A stretch of 64,000 bases of DNA from Paraphysomonas bandaiensis (Eukaryota; Protista; Chrysophyceae). The position numbers and the translations under genes are program-made. The notes under the pieces are model-generated. The model made no database searches. It was not told where the DNA came from and worked only from the letters and a program-made list of their open reading frames with translations. Every line of letters begins with the position of its first letter. The stretch's first letter is position 1. Of this stretch, positions 35,034 through 50,033 are shown one piece after another. Location: contig CBFFRP010000150.1 of NCBI GenBank assembly GCA_965644295.1, positions 434,001-498,000 on the forward strand. Direction: 5' to 3'.

Positions 35034-38000
35034 ATGGATCTTATTCGCGTCAATAGCAATATGGATACTACCTCATCTGATCTAGGATCATACGATACAT
35101 TTGAGTGCACGGGATCAGGCTCGAATCGATCGTGTTCCTTCACGACAGAAAGCTTAAATGATTACATGGAGGTATATACATCTCATCATGCTTTTAGTTA
35201 TGTATATTGTAACAGTCTTGTCTAATCAGGGTGTTGCTTTCTATGGAATTTTGAATATAATAGCTCTAGTTGTTCTTGTACTATTTGTATTTGGTTATTT
35301 TGTTTACTTTGTGGTGATACTGGTCTTGAAAAGGAAGGCGGGACGGGATGAGAAACACCGACACGATAGTTCCCCACTGCTTAAAACATCCCAGACTACC
35401 AAATCTCGTCTACGCACCATTCGCACAGGAATGCTGATTTTCTCCTTGTGCAGTATTTTTACGCTTTTTATGCTCAACACATTTCTGGGAAACTATGGTC
35501 TGTCTGAAGGCAGTTATACTGTGGTGGAAGCTGGAGATGGAGCTCAGCACGTAATTGAAGGTATGGAAGCCTCTACCACCGGATTCACTCAACGGACTGG
35601 CTACTCTGTTATTTCTCCGTTTCTTGCTACATCAAACTACACCATTAACGAAGCAACAGATTTGCCCAGATCTCTTGGGAGCTTCAAGCGCATCAACGAG
35701 ACTTTACCGGATTTACCAGATGCGACTGCATTCCTATCACATGTCATCCACATCCTGCATCGTGCGGACAACATAACCCAGTACACAGTGAGTGTGATGT
35801 CGAAGACTCACACCTTTTTGTGGCTGGAGAAACGTGTGTATTCTTTACACTCTGATCTACAGTCTGATATAAATGATCACTTAGACCCCTTACTGCAGCG
35901 CATGTATTCAACTCTCGACTCTATAAACAACACTTATACAGAGTTTCGACAACAGGTGGTGGCGTTAGTGGGTGATGGTCACACTGGAGGTTCAATTCGG
36001 AAAGCTCATACTGCATTGGCGGACGTTCAGCGAGCACCTGAGGGTTCACTTCCCAGTGTCAGAACTTTCAAGGATGCAGCATCCGGTTCATACGGGACAG
36101 TGTCACGCATGCAGGCGGGTAAAATGGATGGCGAGCCAGAGGAGGTGGAGTTGTTAACGGGTCGATTAACAGCAATCCATCGCAATATTAGTAGATTGCC
36201 AGATATGGCTGCCCTCGCCGAAAGTGTGTTGGAGATAAATGCGACAGTAGCGGATATACGAAGCCGGGACGGTCTATTGAATCGTTTGCGAGAAACGGTG
36301 CGCAATTTCCAGCAACAGATAGCCAATATTCCGCCGATATCAGTAGTATCTGATCGCGTAGACGACATCCTCGATATTATTCATGTTATACTAGAACAGG
36401 CCGACGACGTAGTTACTATATTAAAGGATTACTTACAACTCTTTAACGGAGTTCCCGACGACATCGAGAAGCTGGCTGGATTTCTGGACGAATTGGGTAC
36501 TGCAAAGCGCTTGCTCCCCCACATAGGAGTTATCGTCTCACAATTGGATGGAATAAATCATACTATTATGGAGTTGCCTGGTGGTCTTGCACACGTTTCG
36601 AACAACTTCGTTAAATTCAATAAGAGCGCCACGACACTGCTGGATGACAGGTATGGCACGGTTGCGAAACTTAACGAACTCAATTCCACCTGTGCGCGGT
36701 ACTTGAGTGTGGGAAATGCCTCCATAGCTCCTATGACTGATGCTCTACAGGATCTAAATGATACCATTCATGACTATGACCTACGGGAAATTGTTTCGCA
36801 GTTAAATGATACTGTGAATAGTCTCAGATCTATTAGATTCAATCAGACTCTGCAATTCATTGATGCCGTAGATGACAAACTGTCCGCTATGGACTTGTCA
36901 GAAGACACAATAGACTGGTTATATTATTGTCACGACAAGATCCAGCTGGTGTCGAGATATTTGGGCCGTACTGTGGACCCCACTGAAGGTGGCAAGTCGG
37001 GGAACTCAGCCGGGGATTATATACTTCTCTCGCAGGGGTACTGTGACAACGACGACAGTGTGTATTGCAAGGACGACAATGATTGTACCGGGGACGGAGT
37101 CTGTACACGGAAAGGCAAGTATCGGTGTGCTAAGGAAGGGAAAAAGTCCTGTACCTCGGACACACAATGCCAAAGATATTGCTTGGCAGACTCTGTAGTT
37201 TCCACAAATATTTTGGGAGGTCTTCAGGCATTTACCACATCGAAATCAAGTATCGATATGGGACCAGTTTTGGAACCCCTTGAAACAGTCATGGAGATAG
37301 GAGACATGGACTTCCAAACACAGGAAGACAGGTTTCATCGAGCTCACGACTATGTGTACAGCATTAATACTACAAGTTTAAAACAAGCTTTGCATCGCAT
37401 CAAGGATTTAATGGATAAAATAAATATCACTGAACAAGTTCAATATATTGAGGATGCAAGGGAAGAAATATCGGAGGCTGATATTCCGTCCTATATCGAT
37501 GTGCTGGAAAAGTACCGTTCTCGGACGGGAGAAATGAAAGACAGAGTAGCTGATATTCTAGCTGATGCAATTAAAAAATTTGAGGCACTCAATTTTTTCC
37601 TTTTTTCAAACTCACAGCTATCTCAAAGGATTAGAAGCTTGTCCCGCTCTTCGTTAGCGACCAAGCTGAAGGCCTCGGGGCCTTATGACATGATAGTCTA
37701 TATGGCACAACAAATGGATTACATGTCACTGTACTTTCACAACTCGGAGGCAGACTTCGCTGTTCCACTCAGTAATTATTCCGATATGATACCTGGACAG
37801 GTACATCTCTTGGACAAGGCCGGTTCGTATGAAGGATCAGGCTACTACGAAAATAATAAACACGGATCATTATTCTACCTGATGAAACTTTTCAAACCCG
37901 CTACATTGGTTGACGTTGATAACCCACTTGCGCGGGGTGTATTTGTGGATTCCCATGGCGATACTTATGCCAACAACACCTATTGTCTCTCCTCGAGCTG

Positions 38001-39612
38001 CATTGAGCACACTGTGAACGTGTTAAACTCTGAGCCCTTGAGTAATTGGAACACCGAGCTTCCAGTGTATGTGTCTGCTGCAGATGGGCCTGTGCTTAGT
38101 GACACCAGTAGAGAAACACTACTATTGCTGCTGTGGATACCCGTGCTATGTTTGCTTCCGATAGGAGGTACGTTGGCAGTTGTGGGATATGCCCCTAAAG
38201 TTAGCAGGCTAGCAAAGCTCCGGTTGTCGCGTTGCTTTACTGGTTGCGTGTCTTGTCATATACCTGTTATTCTTATTCTGACAGCTATTGTATTCCCCCT
38301 GGTAGTTATGGTAAACGATACGTGTTCGACCTGGTCTGGAGTTGGTGACACGTATATCACGACTTACGGCGACGATTTTTGTAGCAATCAGTTTTCAGGT
38401 GTTGGAACTTTGAGAGATTGTAGGTTCAATGTCTCTGTACCACAAGTAGCCGGAGGAGGTGATATCTCTGTTTCATTGGATATTTTGGCAATGTATCGAG
38501 GAATATTTTCGCACGACTGCGATTCGAATCCAGATGCCGTTGCAAATGTTGTGCGGTCCCTTGCAGTTCAGGTTCAAGACATTCCTACAAATGCAGCTAA
38601 CGAGTTTATATCGACCACCCTAAGTGATTATACACTTCGGCCAGGCTCGATGACTGTAATAAACTCGACAACTGAAAATACGGGTGCTGCACTGAAATCT
38701 TTTTTAATGGCATCCAGTGCAAATAGCTTGAATTGTGAAGCTCTATCCAGTGTTATAAGCGATGTTGAGTATGTGACTTGCGACTCTATTGTGGAGCCTA
38801 TTCTGTGGATAGTTGGTACATGGTATCTCTGCGCGTGGGTATTAGTATGTTGCGCTCTCCCTGCTGGGTGTGGATATTCCTGGGAGTATAGTACAAAGCA
38901 GAAGTGGGCTGCCAGGAAGACTTCGAGAGCGGCGGACTCGGATTCGAGTCACTCTGATATGGATGATACGCGTAGTAGTGGCTCTCAAGTCGGAAGTGAT
39001 TCGTCTTCTGTTTCAAATGAGCGGACTCGATCTGATGCTGGTGTACTATCGAGAATTAGTAAAAATTATCGATCGCTCTCAGAAGTAATACTTGGTTGTG
39101 AGTATGCTGTGATGAGAGGTCACAATGAAGAGGCCTGTTCTGATAACAAGGAGGTAGAGATGGCACAATACGATACGGATGAAGAAGGGACCATGTTAGG
39201 AAGTGGAACAGATATATCAAGTAACACTGATGGAGATAATGATAATGGGTTGTTGTCTCGATTGAGCACCAAATTGCATGGAGTCGTTGGGTTATTGAGT
39301 GGGGATGTTTCGGCTATGCTTGGCCGCTCCATGTCACATGACAATGAGAGTCGGGGCTCAGAAGTTAATGCAGATGAAACAACACAAAGTAACAATGGTT
39401 TTGACAATTCTGATGAGTGTGTCTCCGTGGATAACGGGAGACTGTCTCGTTTGAGCAGTAGGCTAAAGGGGGTTGCGAATATGTTTAGAGGAGATTATAC
39501 TGATTTTAACGATGATGATGATGATAATGTCGTTACACACCAGGAATGGGTTGATCCCGTATCAGACAGAGGACAACAGAGGGATCATCATACGCTTGAT
39601 AGTAAAGTCTAG
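35034..39612 (+). CDS. Large multi-pass membrane protein with prominin/tweety-like topology
   Basis: Exon 35034-35171 spliced to 35230; two TM segments, ~900-aa helical N-glycosylated loop with Cys-rich insert, further TMs with NDTC motif, acidic repetitive tail. Confidence 0.65.
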
Positions 39613-40112
39613 TCGTTTTCATATAGAAAAATGATTATTGGCTGGCAGCAGCTAATATTTTGTGGTCAGTATACAATGTATAACCAATTTCGTGTATCAT
39701 TCAGAATTAGTAGCAATGTACCGTGCTACTCTCAAATAATTTGATATTTTTGTGTTGAATCATTGCGCATGACTTGATTATACCTGATTGCACGAGAGAA
39801 AGCTTATATTTACATGCAGACTTTCTCAGTGCTCGGTATATATGTATATATCCGTAATCAATCATTACTTTTGTTCTCTTCCCATAAAGATAAGAACATT
39901 GAACATATCTAGTTTGGTTGCAGATGTTATTATCGTTCCTATTATGTACAGCTCCCGAGCTAGGTAGTTACTATAAACCATCATGGAAGAACAACAGTTG
40001 TTTTGATATATTACGTTTTTGCACTACTTAGTGAAAGAAGCATTGGTGTATGTGTGTGTGTCGTACCGTAACGTCAATGGAATTGTAACCATAGTAATGT
40101 TGACTACGTATA

Positions 40113-40412
40113 CCTCAACAAAGTCAACTCGCACTTTTTCGTGGTGTTCTGGGTTCTGGGGGATAAGTACCGGAGATATTTCTGCATATATAATGAGCAG
40201 ATGAGCAGATAATTTCTGCCTAATAGCCGAATAATTGTGTGGTACAAGGTACATGGGACACTAATATAAGTGTCACTTGTGTAGACTGATGACTGACGAA
40301 TAAACATGCACCTGTGATCTGTGACAGGGCCCACCTCAAGGACATCCGGGGTATTGGGCTGTCTGCTGAAGTTAAGCATCCGGGCTGTTCACCTTCTTAA
40401 GGACTCAAAAAT
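40113..40412 (+). mobile_element. 3'-truncated, diverged copy 3 of the ribozyme-headed retroposon
   Basis: Starts cctcaacaaagtc; aligns to 24568-24870 with one internal repeat unit missing; CUAA lost. Confidence 0.8.
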
Positions 40413-40895
40413 CTTGAAATCAGCAGATGTCAGGTATATCAACTAATCATAAGACATGCACTACTACTACGACTACATCATATCATTTTAATGTGACACA
40501 AGTAATATGACCTTGTACTAAAATGTTTTAATTTTCCTTCGTTACTACGTGTTATAAAAATCTTTTTTTTATTGAAACGACTATAGAGGAAAGTCAGGAA
40601 GTTCATTGTACATGCTCAAGCGTGTTGAAAACTAAGCGCTCTTCCATTTTCTAGTAGGGGTAACAAGTGTGTTTTGTGCTCTAACCATTCAAAAACCAAA
40701 ATTGCAGGAATGAGCGAACATGCATATTGCCGTGAAATGAGCTTGCTACATCACTATTATAGCCTAGGAGGTATAGCGGTTGTCGGAGGAAGTGTGCGTC
40801 CTTTAAGTCTCAAAATTAATTAGTATAGTTAAGGCTACGTACGATCGTACAATCAACATTACGAACCTGAAATCAATACAATCATACACAGTACT

Positions 40896-43800
40896 TTACG
40901 CTCCATCTCTAAACGATACAGGGTCTGGAAAATGCATATTATCGTCAATACCTTTTCTGCGTTGTTCACTGATCATTTCAGAGCCAGCTTGGACCCATTG
41001 ACTCTCCGGATGAACACGAGAAGCCCCGACAGGGACATAGCCTTTCACTTTAGGTTTAAATGATGAAGGTAAAACAGACACTTCAGAGACCATATCTTTA
41101 CAATCATCTACTACAGGCTGTTTAGTGGTACCTAACGGTGTATAAGTACCCGCTGTTGATGTTTTAATAATTCTCTTAGGTTTAGATATCGATGCCGATA
41201 TATCTTCGCCAAGTGCCATCTTTCCATTCCTCCTCAGTAGAGGAAGTTCTAACTTCTTTACTACCTGCTGGACAGTCTCAGGATTTCCATATACTAATAT
41301 TCTATCATCTCCGTTGACAATGGTGTCCACTGGTGGATTGGTAAACACATATGGCAGAATAGCTTCGTTCCGAGGTAAAGGGGTTCTGTAAAGAGCAAGG
41401 GGGAGTAGCTGATAAACAACAAGTATTAGCATGAATTCAACAACTCGTGCGTTGATAAACTTACACATCTGGAGTTCAGTGCCCGAAATAGATCACCGTA
41501 TTTTCTCCCAAAAAAAGTGTTAGGGACGGTAACATGGAGTAACATCTGCATATCTTGACCGCATACAAGTTTTTCACACAGTTGGGGTGTAATAGTTCCA
41601 AAAAAACTCTGAAAAAACTCATTAGGCAGTACATTCCATTGCTAAGTTCATACCTGGCATAGCATAGAATCAAAAGACGAAGGTACAATTGCTCTGCCAG
41701 CAGCAAATATTGGCAAGACATGATGAGAATCATCGACGTCCCAATAGTTGCCATTCTGAGTCTACACCAAAATCATAATGAGCTTAACATCTGAGGTGAG
41801 GATAAACCTATACCTTCTTTTGTTCTTTCTTTGTGCTAACAACAGGGGTATGACTACGGACCATAGATGTCTTCGACTTTTGTCCGCTGCTATTTTGTTG
41901 AGGCCCTACAGACAGACGCCGCATTGCTGCACTTTGCCTCCGCCTACTAAACTTTCCCGCGGTTAGTTGGATACATTCTTTGTGTTGGTCCAATACTGCT
42001 TCAGTCTTCATGTGACCAAGAAGAACATCAACGTCGATACTATTTCTGAACTTGTAGTTTCCTTTCAAACACGATGCAAGTCCGGTTCCTGTATCGCCCC
42101 AAAGCGGCCCACGACTTGTAACGTCGCGTTCAAGTTTACTCCGCCGTACAATTGCAGAGTTTAGAACCCCCATATTGTTCGGGCATGATAGTTCGACAGT
42201 AAAAAAGACGTCCCGAGGCACAAATCTCTCGACCTTAAGGTACTTAAATATGGCATCCGAGTCCACATTGGAGGTTTCATCCACATTTATTCGCTCCCTC
42301 GAGGCAAGAAGAACAAGGGCATAAGCTGCCCGCACATTCATCAACGTTAGCTCTTGATTCGACGACACATTACTGTCCAAGAAATACACATCATCGTATC
42401 GGCTCTGAATTTGGCGCCACTTCCTCGGCTCACCAGGATTAACGATTAAGATTGGGTGGTACGCATCGTCAACTACCAGCGGTTTTCTCAACTCACTCAC
42501 AAGTAAAAGTATGTGATCCATACAACCAAAAAATATTATATGGCCTTTGAGATCAGCCGCATCGTAAATTTCTTCAGATGGCGCTCCAAATCTGGGCACG
42601 GATTTCTGAACAGAGTCATTTGAAAACTGAGGCAAAGCGGCATCAAGCGATCCTCTGCGGCTTTGGTTTGCCAGGACGGGCGCAGTCCGCATAACTGCTG
42701 CCACTCTGCGGGCGATTCCGCTTCCAGAAGGGCCAGATTGAGCAGCGGTGCTTTGAATGATTTCTCCTGCGCCAGATTCGCTTCTTCCGAACTTTCTGCT
42801 TGTAGATTTCTTCACGCTCTCACCCCGTTTGTTGTCCTCATCATGAATACTGCTCGTACGTGTAGAAAGAACTCTTCGAAGTTTCCGCTTTTCTTCCTTA
42901 TCTGCTTTAAATTTCGATACCAGCGATGCAATACTCGGGTTCTGAGAACTTAAATCTACGGAGGAGATAACTTCTCCAGAAGGTTGCTCTACCGGTGTCG
43001 ACAAATCTTTTGTTGGGGACGGACTCATGGCGGACTCTGTTTTTAACGCCGCCATTCTCGCCAACATGGCCACATCTTTTACAGACCTCTTACCCTTCCG
43101 CTTGGACATAGAATTTAATCGTGTCTGTTGCAGTGCCGCCACAATACTCGCCGGTTTTGTCGTTGCTGCAATACTTGGGGAGTTCAATGCACCAATCGTA
43201 CTCTGCTGAACTGCTTTTCGCGCAACCATCGCAAATTTTCCTTTGGCTCCATCAACCCCCGTGGTTTGAGCATTAACTGTGCGGACAAGTGCAGCAGCTT
43301 GCTTGAGGGACTTCAGCTTGTTCTTTTTGCTAATCATATTCTTCATGCTCTTCATATTCGTCATTTTCCCTGAGGAAGACTTCATTTGCAGTAGAGCTTT
43401 TTTTGATACACTAGGAATGTCCCGCATATCCCGCAGCTGAGGAGAATTGTTATCATCAAGCAAGTCAAGTGTCTCATCGTTAACACTAACGAAGCAGTCA
43501 GCTGCGTCATCGAGGTCTCGATCTAGTTGTAGCTTGACTGGTGGACTCTGAGATTCCAGTGACAATTCTGATTTCACTGTCGTAGGCTGTGATTGATCGT
43601 CATCAATAGAAAACTTCCTCATGAAATCGCCTCTTATAGAATCTACTTTGATCGTTGAGCTCGGCTTATCAACACTGACCACATTTTTGCAGCTAAAACC
43701 AACAGGATCAATAGGATGCTCAATGTAACCTAGGAAATCATCGTCATTCTCTTCAGACGAGTCAGTATCGAAACCAAATACGCCATTGTCCGCCACCTGG

Positions 43801-45935
43801 TTAAACACAGTGTCGCGCTTGCGTACAATCGCAAAATCACTATCAATTAAGTTTTGGGCCTTCTCCAGGTGCACAATATCTTTCATGTGGCTACTACTGG
43901 TAGATGCAGTGTGGACAACTGGAGCAGAACCTATCGAATCAATATTTCTGTGTCTCCTGACAGCAAACTGCTGCTCGGCGGAGATCATATTCTGCAACAT
44001 GCGGTCTACAAGTACAGAGTCTGTCATTGAATAGCCGATAGCACTGGCGACAGCATTGTTAGGGGCAAGCAGCACCCCGACGTTGAACTTTTCAAAGAAT
44101 GCCGACACTGACTTGAACTTCTTTCGCTCATACTGCCTCGGGTTGTAGTAAAATCCTTGGTCCTCTGAAGAGTATACTCCCACAAAAGTGCACTCGAACT
44201 CAATATATATGGCTTCTACCAAAAGGGACCAAGAAAATCCCAGCATTTGGAAGAAGTTGTGATCGATAGGTACGTAATAAAGCTCCATTCCTACCCCATA
44301 CGTATACTCGGATAGCCAATTGTCCCCAACTTTCTGGGCTGCGTACTTTCCACAGGTGGAGGAAAAACTGTGAAAGAGATTCTCGACGAGTGTCGCCAGG
44401 CCTGGGCATATTGCGTTTCTACACTGCAATGTGGTTTTATATTCGTCTAAACAAAGCACAAGATCCGCGTCACTGTCTTTCAGTAGATCTCGGTCCTGCG
44501 AACGCAACACTTGAACAAGACACTCCAGCCTGGCGTTGAAGTTATTTACAGAAAGGGTCCGCAGTACAGTAGCGGCATCATCCAGTAGAGCGTCTTCCTC
44601 ATCCACCTCCACATTACTCAGAAAGAGCATTCCCGAGGCGATGTCTGCACGGGCCTTCTGCAAATCTTCCATATTCAGTGCAGAACCTATAATATACGAA
44701 ACGCGGCTATCGAATAACGGCGAATGGATAAGGTCTTTCACTTCATCCACCGGCTCGGCGGGGCTCAGTATCACCAGGTGAAACTCCGGCGTGTTAGTCG
44801 CATATCGGTCTGGGTGAAAGAACTCCCGGAATACACGTGAGAGTTTAGATTTGTCATTCACGTGTCCACATAAAATGAGGTGGTTTTCATGTGGGCGGGC
44901 TTCATACGTGGTTCGAAAAGGAGAGTTCATTGAGAGAAGGGTTTGAAGCTTGTTAATCTGCATTGGAATAACTATAAGAGCGGCAATGATTAGCATCAAC
45001 GTCGCTATTCTAGAGGCATTATTTGTGGGATTAAAGTCGCCATATCCCACCACAGATATCGTCACAACTACGAAGTACAGACACTCAAAGAAGGCCAATG
45101 AGCGGCAGCGAATCTTCGATGGCTTATACTGCGTATCCTGCACATCGTGCAGGGCATAACAGTTGTTTTCACGGCAATCACATGTCGGATCATCGAATGA
45201 AGAGAAGTTCGAATCACAAGATGGCTCATACCCAGTTTTCTCATTTATGTACTGACAGTCGTAACTTAACTCATTTACATCGTTCTCTGTCAGATTAATG
45301 ACTCCAGCGGCAAGAAAAGTCAAGCTCAACAATGCAAGTATCAGAGTTATGATTTGTCGCTTTACACCACTAAACCCACCCAATAGACGAAACGTTCGCA
45401 ATATTCTAATAAGGCGCAATATTCTCGCAAACCGGAGCCATGATATGTTCGGAGCCTGTTGAATATATGTTAAATATACAGGGATTATTGTTACGATATC
45501 AATCCAAGCCATGGGAGACTTGAAGAAAGCAATCGTACTGCTCGCAATAAACCAACTGACTATGAAGTCCATAAGAAAGAACTGAGTAATAATGTTCTCA
45601 ATAATTGAATAGATTTGTAGCCAGAGGTATGAATCACGATAACTTTCTGCCACATAAATTGCGCATGCAAGTAGTGAAAGGACAACTTGTAATATATCCC
45701 AATACGTTCCGCCAAGAGAATTATACTTCAGCGATATTAAGTATTTTTTAAATGTACTGATATCATATGACCTGTGCTCAGCACAGAATATTCCCCAACA
45801 ACCCGCTTCTTTATTTAAATCATCGATTGCATGTGCTGACTGTGATTTTACTGAGAGGTAAGCCTCTGATTTCCCCATGTTAGATAGACGAGACTGGTTC
45901 ATACCAGTGTCCGGCACCTGTCTCTTAATAGACAT
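40896..45935 (-). CDS. Calcium-activated BK/Slo-type potassium channel alpha subunit
   Basis: S4 LRFARILRLIRILR, pore TISVVGYGD, RCK1 HLILCG..EFFHP, PGLATLVENL, RCK2 HIIFFG, C-terminal PYVFTNP..DRILV exons. Confidence 0.92.
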
Positions 45936-46746
45936 GTATGTAAACTATAGAGGGTCGCTATTACTATATAACAATAAGATAAGATGACAGGTGATCATAC
46001 AAGGCCCCTTATATACCCCGTAATGAGGTGATGTGTACTATACGACTGTATGAATACGATTAACAGGGAGATATTATCATCTATAGGATTTAATGGGTTC
46101 AAAGGAATGCCAGTGAATGTTTCCAATAAGTAACAGTATCAATTCATATAACAATACATTTGAATCTATCATCCACATGATAATATAACCGGCCCGACAA
46201 TATGTACATGTCTATATATATATATATATATGTATCACTGTCAATACCTCTTACGGTGTTGGCTATATGTTATGAAGCCCACTTCAACACCCTCCCTCAT
46301 GATTCCTCTGGTGAACTTCACCTTCCTCCCTCAAGTGCGTCATAATGTCATAACCATGTCGCTCATACTCAGCGTCTGTGTCAGTTGTAGCATTGTTCAC
46401 TGGATATACGGAGTATACGGTGACGTATTCTATTATCTATCAGTGACAAACGGAATTGTTAATTGTTGTTTTGTATACGGAGGTATACATAGAGTACAGT
46501 ACGGTAGTAGAGCTACAAATATTTGATGAGCAGGTACAGCAGTATAGCAGTGCCGCATATGTACTGCTGTGGTGTGTACATATAGACCCGCATGCATCCA
46601 TACACTACAACATAACCACCCGATCTCAATATATCTGCCTCTGTGTTGCAATTACATGAATAGAATGTCACACTTTAGACAGTAAACTTTGACTTCAGTT
46701 GATATCTATTCTATTCTGTGTTAGTGACAGTTGATTATAGAGAATC

Positions 46747-48806
46747 ATGTCGAAGATCGATACAAGAGGTAATCTTATAGCCACAGTCGTACAGGGACAT
46801 ACGTTTACAATAGATAAACGTTATCAACCTGGAAAAATACTTGGGAGAGGATCATTTGGTGTTGTATGTACGGCGTTCGATACAGTTCGTCAAGAGACTA
46901 TCGCAATAAAGCGGATTCGACCTTATGCCAATGATGAGTGGGATGCAAGGCATACATTGCGTGAAATTCGACTAATGAAGCTTCTTGGTCGACATCCTAA
47001 TGTAGTTTGCGACATATATGTATTGTTTTATAGTAACACATGTATGAAGGTGATAGCGCTATATGATTTGAGCATATATGACGAGAAGGCGGAGCTGTAT
47101 ATGAATATGGAGGTATTATTTTAGTTTCTCCGTCTGTGTTAACCTCTCTGTTTTAGCTTATGGACTGTGATCTACACAGAATTATACAGAGTAAGCAGCC
47201 GCTTAATGATATGCACTACAAGTGTTTCGCGAAACAGATGCTGGAGGGGATTCGTGCGATGCATGAGATCGGCGTATTTCGTGAGTGTGTACTGTTAAGT
47301 AATAATCAACCTCACGCACTATGTATTTAGATCGTGATCTTAAGCCAGGAAATCTTCTTGTCAGCAAAGGTAGGGTATTTTCATATATGTACTTTTACTT
47401 TTGTTATTTGTTGCAACCTGGTAATTTTCTCTATTGTAGACTGTCAATTGCGCATTACGGACTTTGGTCTCGCACGATTCATGGACGAAGACACACTTTC
47501 TGGAAATAACCGTCAGAATCCACTTACTGAGTATGTGGTGACTAGATGGTATAGATGTCCGGAACTTCTCTTGAGCCCGACCCAGCCCTACAGTGCTGCT
47601 ATAGATATTTGGTCAATCGGGTACGCCATCATATCACACCTATGTATCCGCTGCTCTGCTAATTATGTCTCTGCTATTTTCAGATGTATCCTTGGAGAGC
47701 TAATCAAACGCAAGCCATTATTTCCAGGCAAGAGTCATGCCAATCAGGTGCAACTCATTCTCGAAGTGCGAGGTTACCACGGGCCTGAAGATCTAGGGTT
47801 TGAGCTTAGTTCCGAGGCAACCTCTTTCCTCGATCGCCGATGCCGATTTAATGGGAAGCCTCTCGCCAGCTTCATTCCGCAGGCCTCTCCTGAGGCTTTG
47901 GAACTTCTCGAGGTGCTGATGGATCTCAACCCTAAACGCAGACCATCTGCCGCTGAAGCCCTGACTTTCTCCTATATTGAAGACGCACAAATACTCTGCG
48001 ATTACAGTGAAAATACGATGCCCAGGCGTGTGGACGAAAGATTCTTTGACTTTGAACGCGAAGACTATAGTCTGGAACAATTACAAGCTATGGTGCGTGA
48101 AGAAGTAAATCGCCCTTGCGACGATTCCATATTTGTTGAACCTTCTCCTACAAGACGCACAACATCCTTGTCCCGCCAGGCATCCGGAAGCCAACAGCCG
48201 TCTCATGGTAGAACGGAATCTGATGTATATGCCACTGAGGAAGATGAAGATCGCGTTGAGTATTCCCGCCAAAATACTCTAGAACGAAGTGAATCTCTTA
48301 TGAGTGAATGTGGACCTGGTGCAAACCCCAAAACTCTCTCCCGTAGCAGGAGCGCACCCCCAACTCCTTCCCCGCAGAAGGTCGATATCATCGCGAAGCA
48401 GGATAAGAAACACAAGCGACGGTTCTTCTTGCAGGGGCTTCAACGGTTGAAACAAGATCAAGAAGTGGTGGAGAGTAGCAGTTCACGGAGTGAGAAGGAC
48501 AGTGGCCAGAGCACCAATCGAATCGAGAGGTACGGTACCGGTTCCGAAGATCTCACATCCAGGAGAGATCGTGCGCAGCCTCCGGGTGTCGTACGGGGTG
48601 GAAGCACTATGCAGCAGTCGCTATCTAATAAGGCATCTAAGTATGCTCAGCCGCAGGAGATGGGAGATCAATCCCATCTGTATTCTCAATTTCATCACTT
48701 GGGTTTTTCATCTGAAGGGAGAAATGCTGCTCCGGTTGCGGACTCGAGAGTTACTCGACTACCCGCTCTTCACCAGCGTGGACCGAAGCAACCAGGATTT
48801 CGATGA
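46747..48806 (+). CDS. Mitogen-activated protein kinase (TEY) with long C-terminal tail; multi-exon
   Basis: GRGSFGVV, AIKRI, TLREIRLMK, HRDLKPGN, DFGLAR, TEYVVTRWYRCPE. Confidence 0.95.
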
Positions 48807-49366
48807 TGCATATGCACCAAAGTGTTGTATTGTTTTTTTTCTGGGGTGTGTTTTCCTTGGAGTATTTTCGGACCGATATTAGGCGACGTATTTGTATGTC
48901 AATCGAGTATTTTGCATATATATCAAATCGTGTAATAAGATTCTGATACTGTTTCGAGTAAACTGCCCTTATATTGGGGAGCTTTTTTCAACTATTCTAT
49001 GATGTATTGATTTATATGTTGATGACAACTAATTCAGTAATTTGAGCATTACATATTGTTTATGGAACTACAATCTGCAATAGCTCTTATAGGGATGTAT
49101 AATGCAGATTTAAGCTTTTAGTAATATAGTAAGAAGTATTGAACTACAACCAATTCCTACGTGCGTACTTGAAGCTTGGTAGAGCCTATCACTAGTAGCT
49201 ATTCTGTATTCTATGTAGCAAGTAAATACAGAATATACGTGACTACACTATAGGAGTAGCTATTACAAGTATACAAAGAAACTGAAAATGTAGTCGCTGT
49301 TAAAGATACGATTTGTAGAACAGAATGTTGATGTTGGTGATTGACGTGGTTCCTAAATCACAGTGC

Positions 49367-49486
49367 TACAACATCATAATTTCACTATATATCTCTTAAC
49401 GTAATCAGTTAATATTACACTATTAGTGTACAACATCATAATTTCACTATATATCTCTTAACGTAATCAGTTAATATTACACTATT
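49367..49486. repeat. ~60-bp near-perfect tandem duplication
   Basis: tacaacatcataatttcactatatatctcttaacgtaatcagttaatattacactatta twice. Confidence 0.92.
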
Positions 49487-50033
49487 ACAAGCGTAATTCA
49501 ATAAGAAGAATGTTGTGATTGTGATTATTAGAGTGTAAACGTGATGTACACAGTAGTGTAAAAAAGGTGAATAATAATGCAGAACATAACTATCACACAC
49601 AACGGAATAGTTAGAAGTATAACGATCATTATGATGACAATCATGTATCTTCAACAGATAATCTCTCGCTAATTCAGTTCATGATATAATTCAGTTCAAC
49701 ATTATAACACACACATACAATCTTGTATTAAGATGAATCCTAATACGCCCCCTCAATGAAATAATCAGTAAACCGTAGATAATAGAGAGAATATGAAACT
49801 TATATATATACACTGAGAGTAAAAACCAGTGTAGCAGTAACAAGTCAATAATAAGCGAACTGCAGCGATGCCATATTGTGAGACCATCCTTCTTGCCCAG
49901 CATCATATATTGAACAAAAAAATGGTAAAAACTCCGTGTATCTCAAACTAGCCACCTAGGTCGCTTGCGACTTGGTAATTGTGATTTGGGTGTCTCTGAG
50001 ATTGTTGATCGCTTCCTGTTGTTGCTGGATGGG

